The notes under the pieces were generated by a model. That model did no database searches. It was not told the origin of the DNA and saw only the letters and a program-made list of their open reading frames with translations. A DNA stretch of 64,000 bases from Antedon mediterranea (Eukaryota > Animalia > Echinodermata): the NCBI RefSeq assembly GCF_964355755.1, contig NC_092671.1, positions 6,448,001-6,512,000 on the forward strand. The letters are read 5' to 3'. This document shows positions 52,100 to 61,876 of the stretch, in pieces. The position numbers and the translations under genes were made by a program. Every line of letters starts with the position of its first letter. Position 1 is the stretch's first letter.

Positions 52100-53150
52100 T
52101 TCTCCTGTGTGTGTATTCTTTGTGATCACTATTTTCAACACATTTGTTCTCAAAACATTTACATTCATAATGATTTCTCTCCAATGTATATTCTCAAACT
52201 TCTTCTCAAGTGGCTACTTTGCTTAAATTGCTTCACAATTATTCAAATGTATGTTGTTTCTCCCTTGTGTGTATTCCAAAATTGCCAGATTTACCGCAAA
52301 GGTGACTGCCCAAATTTTGGCTGTCATGAGAAAATTTCACTCTTAAATTTGGATCTGACTGATATATCACGAAGGTTGGAAGGTCTACGAAATGCAATAA
52401 TGGATGGTTCCGGAAAACCAGTCCTGAGACGTTCTGGTGGACTGTCGAATGGGAATAGCCCGTAATGGAGGCAACCTAGAGTGATAGGTTGTGACAAATG
52501 GCACTCTGGTCGAATTTGGCTGACGTGGTTTGTACGTCAGTATCTGAAATCGAAGAATATCTTTTCCTTTCTTTATAACAGTTTCGGTGTATTCCTTCTT
52601 GTAATTTCTATATTCCGGAGATGTCTGGTGTTAGTTCGTGTGTACGATTCTGAAAATCTAAATCTGAAGAACAGATACGTCGGATACGTAATTCTTGACT
52701 GTACCGTATGTTTTTAGTACAGTGTCGGGGATGAAAACTGCTAGGGAGCAGGTACATATTTGTAACCGTAGGTTTACGGAATAGTTCGGTTTGACTGTAC
52801 CATTTTCTATGATCACTATAGTGTCCAAAAAGTCAACGCTACTAGTGGATTTAGTACCTGTAAATTTGATAGTTGGGTGCGCTAAATTAATATTTAGAAG
52901 AGTACAGATTATCTTCACCGTGGGTACAAATCATGAAGATATCGCCAATGTATATAAACCAAAAGTAGCTTTGCGGGACAGAAAATTGGCCTCAAAGTGT
53001 CCCATAAATAAATTTGCAAAAGATGGCGCCATTTGTGTGTCAATCACTGTGCCATGAATTTGAAGGTATAAATGAAATTCAACGTTTTCAAAATATCTTT
53101 AAAGTATAATTATTCCGTATAATAGGTGTGGATTCTTTATCATTGTGAAG
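52100..53150 (-). pseudogene. Degenerate Penelope-like retroelement (RT plus linker/GIY-YIG remnants)
   Basis: Minus-strand peptides QMAPSFANLFMGHFE, HPTIKFT...VDFLDTIVIIENG, LRIRRICSSD and FPEPSIIAFRRPSNLRD are typical PLE RT/thumb motifs. Frameshifted. Confidence 0.8.
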
Positions 53151-54353
53151 TGCTGTTTCTGGCTAATATTCCTATGCTAATCATCTAAAGTAAGGGGTCA
53201 TTTGTCTAAAGAGGTCAAGTTGTCATGGTAATATGCATGTTCGGCTGTACCTACAATCATGTGAATGTGGGTTAGTCATATACAGTCCTTGCTGACAAAG
53301 TGCGAGGCAGCGAGGCAAGCTATGAGGGTACTTCCGGTTTGGAAACATTCCTAGTGGTTAATTGCTTTATATTTTAAATATGGAAGCACAGTAAACTCCT
53401 GTAATTCGAAACTTCAAATAAAAACAGTGAATATACTGCTGACTGTCGGAAACGCATACGCCTAAATGTCAACTCTCTTGTTTTGGCAGTGAGAATTCCT
53501 TATTGTTGTACTGTAATTCAATTTTGTGTAATAAACTCATCATGTTGTTTATTTTCATGATTGCTTTGTATTTCATTCAAGTCACTTTCCCAACAGTGCC
53601 CTAAAAAAGATTCATTTCATCCGTATGCGAAAAGGTAAACATATGCTATTCTAAATGATATAACTGCTATACACTATTCTAAATTATTCAATATCTTTAA
53701 TAGCGATATACTGTACTTGTTAATTGTTATAAAATGTCAACAAAGGTATATGCATCAATTATGCCTCTCTATATGCATTAAGACTGGAAATGAATTAACA
53801 AAACATCATTCTCAACTGTAGACTATACTGATGTACAGCTAGTACTACAAAAAATAATAGTAACCCGATTAAATAGTATAGATGTCCTAATTAACAGGTA
53901 AAATTATAATAAATTAGCATGTACTCACACACTGTGATTCTCAAAAAGAATTGAAACTTGCAATCAAAACGAGTATAACAACTTGTTGACCTTTCTCAGT
54001 GAATGCTACTGTAGTACTAATCCCTGTACAGTACTGTATAGAGTATACAACGTACAAAGCAAGCCAATGCATTGGAATGTCCAAACCTAAACAAAGTGCC
54101 TTAATGAGAATACAGTGTGGTACCGATACTAGAAGTAACCAGAGTAACAATTCAAGATTTTTTTTCAACGCGAAAGCTATCTACGGCTGACAGTTTTGGA
54201 ATTGTGTAAACCCGACTAATTAATAGGTCAATGCTGCTCGACCCAAAATAAGTCTGGGAATAATGTATTGACATTCTTTGAGGTTAAATAAAAACTCTTG
54301 TTTTATTTAATGCCCTGGAATATGTACATAATACTGTAGCTTAGCATATGATT

Positions 54354-54583
54354 CATAGTGGCCAAATCTGGCATAATTATGCCGTCTGGCATAATTTTGA
54401 CCCATCTGGCATCTGGCATTTATGCTAGGCATAATTTTAGGAAATCTGGCATAATCTGGCATAATTTGAAAAACGCAAACATACAACATATTCACCACGA
54501 TTTAGCATATTATCTGGCATAATTGCGAAAAAATCTGGCATAATTTGTACACAATCTAGCATAATTTGGCTGAAAACCCGAAG

Positions 54584-54625
<42 letters not shown>

Positions 54626-54778
54626 GCTTCCCACCTTTGTGGTACATAAAACATACACATAAACCGCCCTCTTATTCACTGTTTTGGTGCACTTTTAGCC
54701 TTAATTGTGTCTGGCATAATCTGGCATAATTTTGTGCTGCCACCTAGCATAATTTCATTTCGCTCGCTGGCCACACTG
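54354..54778. mobile_element. 425-bp hAT/P-like MITE with perfect 8-bp TSD
   Basis: ATATGATT|CATAGTGGCCA ... TGGCCACACTG|ATATGATT. More than 10 T(G/A)GCATAAT motifs and a central poly-T of ~38 nt. Confidence 0.85.
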
Positions 54779-56252
54779 ATATGATTATATTTTTGCTCTG
54801 TAGGCCTATACAGTAGGCCAGACTATATGAACACAAAACTGTTACTACTGATTGTTAAACAAAAAGAATTGATATAGTAACAAATCATTATATCTGAAGA
54901 AAAAACAATTATTAAAAAGTCGAGCGGCGTTTTTTTGTAAGAAATATTTCTTGTTATTATATTAATGTTACAGGTAAAAAATCAAACTCTGTGGAACATG
55001 TTATGTTGCATATTCAAGATCTGACTCTTTATTGACCAAACAACTTTATACATTAACAATCTAATCACTACAATTAATGTTATACTACATAGTACTTACG
55101 ATTAGTATATCATTCTTTTAACTATACTGAAATTCCTATCTGCTTCTTGGCATAGCAACAGGATAGTTCTAATGTATAAGCAGAGCCTAGTAATTAATAG
55201 CCAAAAGTTCAAGGTTGGTAAATAGTAACTAGTGTGGTAAGCACACAGTCCATATGCAGTTATACATTAATGTTCACCGTGTTATACTACAATTCACTGT
55301 ATTTTCTTCATAATATACTCACATGCATTATGAATTAATTATTATTTTATTTTATTTTAATTATAAAGGATGACACTTCGTTTAAAATTTAGTTTCTTCA
55401 GTTACCATATTTTTTTTAATCTGCTTTTTTTGACATTTTGAAAAAAAATTCTTTAAAATTAGGAACATTTGATTAGCGTTAAGATTAAGCGCCAAATGGG
55501 TTAAAATATGCACAAAAAAAAGGCACAATTGTCTACAAGATTTGGTCATTGTTCTTAAAATCTCATGGTTGTCCTAATTTAATAATCTATTTTAATGTGA
55601 GTTCATCACATACAAAGTATAACAAAATGTATAAGAAGGCTATTAATAACATATAGTATATGGGCTATTAATACGTCTATCAATCAAGTTCTAGTAATTA
55701 ATAATTAATATTAATAAAAGTTTCATTTAACAAAGTGGAAACATGTTAAGTTGTATATTCAAGATCACAATTCAATGGAGTTCACCAATTTGTCCCAGAA
55801 ACTAAACGTCCAGTGAAGAGATTGACCAGATGTTTTTCATGACTATAAAGAAAACAGCTTATCTGACCTTAGACATCGTGAAACCATTGGAGATTTTTCA
55901 CATTTAAAGTACAGATTTGACAACCATTATTCATCATTGTATTACCTTGAGACATCGTTAATCAACGCTCCCAAAAAGGTACCAGGATCAATTAGAACCA
56001 ATAGTTAAGCTCAAAGATGATGTAATGACATATGATAATGAACAGAAGATGTAGAATTTGTTTCACTTTAATGTGTGTACTGTTTATAGGGGTTTGTTAA
56101 ACATTGAAACACCATAGACATTCTTAACTATACAAAAAGGTGAATAGTGTGTACAATTCTTAATAAGGTACAGCATACTATATAACAGTCTTGTTATTAA
56201 TTTGATAAATGAGGAATGTAAACAACATTGATAATTATCTTATATTTTGCAG

Positions 56253-56440
56253 GTATACTTGATTCAAATTTTACTCTCAAACAAGCTGAGCTGTATCCTG
56301 CGTGGTTTCAAGAGAAGGTGGCTAATATTACAGACTGGGAAAACCTTCGTAGAAATGAGGATGGTGATAAGGAAGAATGGTTCAATATGACAGAGTTCAT
56401 TCGAAATACAAGCTTCCAGATTGATGATTTATTACTCTAT
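56253..56440 (+). CDS. ASIC: ASIC coding exon 2 (finger domain)
   Basis: ttttgcAG|GT is phase-1 compatible with exon 1. Translates GILDSNFTLKQAELYPAWFQEKVANITDWENLRRNEDGDKEEWFNMTEFIRNTSFQIDDLLLY, where FNM.EF is ASIC-like. Donor TAT|GTAAGT. Confidence 0.9.
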
Positions 56441-56510
56441 GTAAGTGTTTCGGTATCTTCAACCTACACATTATTTGTCTCTACTATTTTATGTTATTGT
56501 TACATGTTCA

Positions 56511-57242
56511 TTTTTAGTCGCGTGGAAGCGACTCTATAGTTCACTATGTCGGTCGGTCGGTCGGTCTGTCTGTCTGTCGGTCTGTCTGTCTGTCTGTCGG
56601 TCCGGTATCACTATGCGTTTTATCGCTTTCTGACCTTATCTTGATATCAGTTTAATCTAGCTAGGTCAATTTTTCACAGTATATTCCTTATGGCCAGGAA
56701 TCAATGTGGTTATGTTTTCACGGTGCGCAATAAAAAAATACGCGGTCTACGCACGATTTAACGAAATCACGTTTGTAATCATATCTTCACAACCATGAAT
56801 CACAATTAAATAAAATTTGGTACTCATAAATTTCAGGGCATAAATCATCATATGGCAATACAATTACGTGCGTAGCGCATGTAACGCATGCGTACGCGCG
56901 CTTAACATTTTCAAAATTTATTTTCGATGAAATAAGAGTACATTTCAGGCAATTTTAAGCGTTTACAAAATGACTTACTTTTCAACTCGAAATTACGTTA
57001 TACGAGCACGTCGAAAGTGACAGGCTACGCACGTGTAAATTAAAAAAAAATAAATGTTTTTAAACATTTCAACATTTTTAAACATGTTCAGTAATTTCGG
57101 TCAGTATAGTTCACTATGTCGGTCGGTCGGTCTCTCTGTCTGTCTGTCGGTCTGTCGGTCTGTCTGTCGGTCTGTCGGTATGCCTGTCGCTCCGGTATCA
57201 CTATGCATTGTAGCACGCGACTTAATGGCTGTTGGCCTTGTT
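56511..57242 (+). mobile_element. Helentron-associated HINE/DINE-1/Pearl-like element
   Basis: 5' TTTTTAGTCGCGTG subTIR, (GTCK)n microsatellite, duplicated core, 3' CACGCGACT plus a short stem-loop and TTGTT end. T-rich flanks with no TSD. Confidence 0.8.
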
Positions 57243-57299
57243 TAAACGTATTGTACTATTACAAACCCGTTTCAAAACTCGTTGCAAACGAATAAAAAC

Positions 57300-57430
57300 G
57301 AGTTTCAAGATTCGCTGCCTACACATTGTATTAGAAACGCCTTTCAAGATTCGCTGCCTACACATTGTATTAGAAACGCGATTCAAGATTCGCTGCCTAC
57401 ATATTGTAGTAGAAACGCGTTTCAAGATTC
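57300..57430. repeat. 39-bp tandem repeat, ~3.3 copies
   Basis: TTTCAAGATTCGCTGCCTACACATTGTATTAGAAACGC units. Confidence 0.9.
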
Positions 57431-58469
57431 TGAAAGATACAATTACCGTATTCAAATCATTTGAAATAAGAAACTTTTTCTGATTTATTCTTAAATATTT
57501 AAGTTTGGAACTAAAGAGTAAAGTACTAGAATGTTACCGTAGGTTTCATTAAATTCTCTATCCGAATATCGCCAAACTTGACCACAATGATCTATTTTCC
57601 AAAATCTCCACAGAGTTAGATTTTGATTTGGGATAATTGTATTTTTTTCTGTATTTTATTCAACAGCAGTAGCAAAAACATTGAAACATCAGGAATCATT
57701 TAGTTACGTCACGATTCACCATCATAATAACATTCATTGTCATCACCACCATTGATTTACTTATTCAATTCCTCTTGGTCGTTTAAATCCTCCTGATTGA
57801 TTGTAAATCGATCATTTTACTAGATTGAATATCATCATTGCTGGAGAATTCCACAGCCTTGGAAAATAGTACCGCCCCCTAATACATGCGACAACGTTCC
57901 AAAACTCATGATTTCTTTCCATTTTACAACCTGGTCATTATCATATTTCAACTTTAATATTATCAATGATGATAATACCAAACGATCAATAAAAATAACA
58001 GAAAATGAGCGCTTTAGCTTTCACACAATTTAATGGTCAGTTTAGCTTATTGCTTTCTTCGCAATAAATGTATTTCTGAGAGAAATAAAAACGATTGAAA
58101 CTATAAGGAAAGCATCATTTGAATAATGGTTTGCTGATGACGTGAAATTACGCACAATTGTATCGAATGTCACATTTAATACATTTTAACATGATCAATT
58201 CAATTTTTGTTCAAATTAAAATGTGTATTTGTTACGCACATAGTTTTGTGTTTTGTTTTTAAAAATTATATTGACCATTTATAGTTATATATTTAGGATC
58301 TTAACTCGTAGTAATATGTTTTGTATTCAATATAATATGAATAAAAATGATGATAGATGAGGGCGTATCAATTTGATTTCTGGTGTGCGTGAGGGACTAT
58401 AGTTCTTTTCCGTTGTACTACGCCGAGAATGTTAAAAAGAGTCGCTATCAAATTGGTAATACCATGAAA

Positions 58470-58546
58470 GCCCTAGTGGTCTAATAGTTAGGACATCTGA
58501 CTATCAAGCAGAAGGTCCGGGTTCGAATCTCGGTTGGAGACTTTTT
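58470..58546 (+). pseudogene. tRNA-derived pseudogene or SINE head
   Basis: A-box-like TGGTCTAATAGTTAGG, anticodon arm TCTG-actatcaag-CAGA, B-box GGTTCGAATC, then TTTTT. The acceptor stem pairs poorly. Confidence 0.55.
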
Positions 58547-58984
58547 CTCATTCTCACAGGTTTCCTCATCTTATCGTTTTAAATTAATTAATTATATTTC
58601 AGTATATCACCGGGCGGTTTAGAATTAATGTTCTATGCTAATGCAATAGAGTTGGATCTATAGGCTATGTATTTATTAATTAAATCTACTGTTTTTTAGC
58701 CATCTTTACCTTCGTTACTCATCCTATGATTATCTGAAGAGTGTTAAATTAATATACATTTCAATTTCTAAACATCAATTTATGTAGTAATATATAATAA
58801 ACATGTATGATTGCTTAACGTGTTAACTCATTAAAATGCCTATTATTATTAATATCATTCGTATGCACTTTTAGATTAATGCACGTTTCGTATTTTGTAT
58901 ACTGTAATTTGAAATGTGAAATGTTGGGAATGTATGGTACATGTCAGTTTTTGGGTGGGAAGATTAATATATACAAAGTATATC

Positions 58985-59240
58985 CTGCTGTAGTTGAGCT
59001 GTAGCTTGCCTTCCAATTCCAAGGTCCGGTGTTCGATTCTGCCAATAACTTATGGCACTTTCTACTCCACTCCTTTAGCCTAAAATGAGACTTTTATAAC
59101 AGGGAGTTTCTACTTATAAGCTGTGCTTCAGAGATTCCCCCTTTCCATTCTTTTGTCTTTGTAATGATTATTTATGTATGTTTATGCTTTTTTGTTGTGA
59201 ATGGAAATAAAGAAAGAAACAAACAATTAACAAACAAACG
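58985..59240 (+). mobile_element. Probable tRNA-head SINE with LINE-like tail
   Basis: GCCTTCCAA..AAGGTCCGGTGTTCGATTC (tRNA-Gly-like arm plus B box), a body, and an AATAAA followed by an (AAAG/AAAC)n tail. Confidence 0.5.
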
Positions 59241-59942
59241 ATTAATTTTATAAACTATAGTTTATCCATCTTGTTTGGCGAGTTATTCGGATGCATATGA
59301 AATGAAGTAGGGATAAAAAACGAAAATATGCAGTGACACTTATAATGGTAGAAATAGAAAGTTGAAATTCGATTGCTATTATTAGGATAATATCATTCTG
59401 TATTACATATTTCACAGAAATGTGTTTAGTATAATGGTGGTGGTGACACTGAGAAATAACAATCTTTGAAACTGGTCGATGTTAAACTGACATTGTATGA
59501 TTTCAATATCAAAACGATATTCATACTTCAACTGAATATGCAAATTAGTAATGGAGACTCCTCGTCACGTGTGATTGCTTCTTTCTAATGATCCGAAACT
59601 AGAATTCTGAATTCATCTGCAATGAACCGCTACCTGATTGTTATCAAACAGTACTTGGTGATGTTTTTCACAGTTTTCAATCCAAAATATTATGAAGATG
59701 CAATCAATTCTCACTTCTAATGATACTTTAGTTCATCTCAAGTTACTGTCTTTGGCTCGTTGCAATCATTTCTTATCTTCTTAATGTAGCAGTTTTCGTT
59801 AAATTGATTAGATATATTTATTTATATATTTTATTTACAATTGTTTATTTTGTTTTATATTTTAACGTATGCTTAATAAGTAAATGTTTGTGTGCACCAT
59901 AAAGATCAATCATGAACACAAGCGCAGCCTGTTTTCAACCTG

Positions 59943-60043
59943 TTTTTAGTCGACAGCTCACTACGTCGGTCGGTTGGTCGGTCGGTTGGCCGGTAAACAC
60001 TAACTTGAGCACGCGACTGTAGCAATGTACATGGCCTTGTTTT
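59943..60043 (+). mobile_element. Short degenerate HINE-like copy
   Basis: TTTTTAGTCG...(GGTC)n...GCACGCGACT...GGCCTTGTTT. Confidence 0.7.
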
Positions 60044-61121
60044 CTTGTTCACTAGACTAGATTAAAATTTTCTGGATATTGACAGTTTTAAGAAAGTGAC
60101 AGTTGAAAGTTGTGCATGGAGAAGAAACACGTTACGTAAGGTTGTGTGATTCCTTGAACTAGACAGACGTGTTGGCTGAACATAAGAATTAAAATGCCTC
60201 CACGTGAGATATCTGCATTACTTATCAATCTCAGTTTTGCAATTTTCCCTTCGAGTTTGGTAACATTTGTGGGCTGTTGATGTGTAAATCAGATAGTATC
60301 ATCAATCAAATCATGTATTATTTGAATTTCTTTTGCCCGAGTATATGTTTTAAATGAATAACGTCAGATAATCTAAAAGCATTGAATAATTGAGTGCATG
60401 CAAAGTCAATAGCATTTGCTGTGTGCCATATTAGAAGCCTCCGCTCATCTCTCACCCAGTTATAACTTGTCAAAAACTGTTAAAGACTGATTTTCTTTTG
60501 TGTACCGCTCTGGGCAAGTTAAGAACCGTTACAATCCTAACATCTCTAGGTGTAATTATATTTTAAAATGGAATCAGAATTTAGAATTATTTTGGAAAAT
60601 CTGATTGCACTCTCAATCAACCTCAGGCACATATTACTGTTTGCGTCGTAGTTATGTAAAATTGCAATACGCGGATAAAGTAATTATGACACACACGACC
60701 AGAAACTTATTAAGCCGCAAATAAGTTCCAAAGTGTGTAATCAGCATGACTTTTTAAATAAATGACAATGTTTCAGTATAAGGTCATTTTAAACAAATCA
60801 ACAAATGTTTTTAATAATGTTCTATGATGGTCGATCTCTCTTTTTGTCACTAAATTGAAATTATTTGGCTTTGTTTAAGAATGTTTCACGGTTGATTTCA
60901 AGCTAGATAGTTTAAATTAATTTGACTGTGAGTTGTTTTTGCTTTCACACATAGGCTAGTTCTACTCAACTTACTTGTTTTGTGGACTGCCTGTATGCAC
61001 TCCCTAAGACGATCGAGAACTCATCTGTTTATTAAAAAGAAGTGTGTAATTTGGAATTATAGGAAATACTTAAAGATAATACTCCTGCAGTTATTAGATC
61101 ATTGCAAGTTCAGCGGTGTTG

Positions 61122-61328
61122 AAACAAGGCCAACAGCCATAAGTCGCGTGCTCTCAGAAAAAAATGAACTTTCAAAAAGTAATGTACTTTAAAACTTTTC
61201 TGTACATCAAAACAGTTCAAAAAGTACAAAAAATCGATAAAACGCATAGTGATACCGGACCGACAGACAGACCGACAGACCGACCGACCGACATAGTGAA
61301 CTATAGAGTCGCGTCCACGTGACTAAAA
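61122..61328 (-). mobile_element. HINE-like copy (inverted)
   Basis: Reverse complement of the ends of the 56511 element: AACAAGGCCAACAGCCAT.AAGTCGCGTGC ... ACATAGTGAACTATAGAGTCGC..CCACGTGACTAAAA. Confidence 0.82.
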
Positions 61329-61607
61329 TCATATCTCACGTTTGTGGATATGAATAAATCAATGTTTCAGAAGTCGATATAATAATAAGAATATCTAAAT
61401 GTCAAGCAGAATATTCAAAATTATACGTTTGTCACATAAACAATTTCTTCTAAATTCTTAAAATGTCTTTTAATGTGGAAAACATTCTCCCTTTTTGATA
61501 CATGATTATTTTCTTCATTTTAATATATGATTAACAAGCAATTAAGTACATGATTGAGTCGTTAAGTGTTATGCAATGATCAATTACTTTCTTATTCTCT
61601 ATTTTAG

Positions 61608-61737
61608 TGTGAATTTCACGGAGAAAAATGTGGAAGAGAAGATTTTGATCATGTGTTCACCCATCTGGGGAATTGCTATACTTTTAATAAATACAGAAAC
61701 GATTCGGCATTAAAGTATTCCAAGAGAGCAGGCGCGG
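61608..61737 (+). CDS. ASIC: ASIC coding exon 3 (beta-ball/palm region); gene continues beyond the window
   Basis: ttttAG|TGT, phase 0. Translates CEFHGEKCGREDFDHVFTHLGNCYTFNKYRNDSALKYSKRAGA, containing the DEG/ENaC GNCYTFN signature. Donor G|GTAAG. Not present in the ORF track. Confidence 0.93.
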
Positions 61738-61772
61738 GTAAGCAATTTCTGTTAATTCCTAGAATATTATAA

Positions 61773-61876
61773 AGCTCTGTCTACATTTTCAAACTAGTTT
61801 GACAAAAAGGTGTGATGTGCCTAAATATGGTAGTGGTATACCCAAATATGGTAGTGATATGACATCATCATGTCTA
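61773..61876. mobile_element. Left half of an AGCTCTGTCTACAC-family MITE, interrupted by the LTR element
   Basis: TAA|AGCTCTGTCTACA... with 21-bp internal repeats. It stops abruptly at the LTR boundary TGTAAGG. Confidence 0.85.

Noticed and set aside
52109-53057. Plus-strand ORFs 52109..52465, 52481..52717 and 52791..53057
   Set aside because: They are antisense shadows of the degenerate Penelope-like RT on the minus strand.
58470-58546. Functional tRNA-Asp(ATC)
   Set aside because: The acceptor stem barely pairs, the anticodon stem has a mismatch and the anticodon is atypical, so it is treated as a pseudogene or SINE head.
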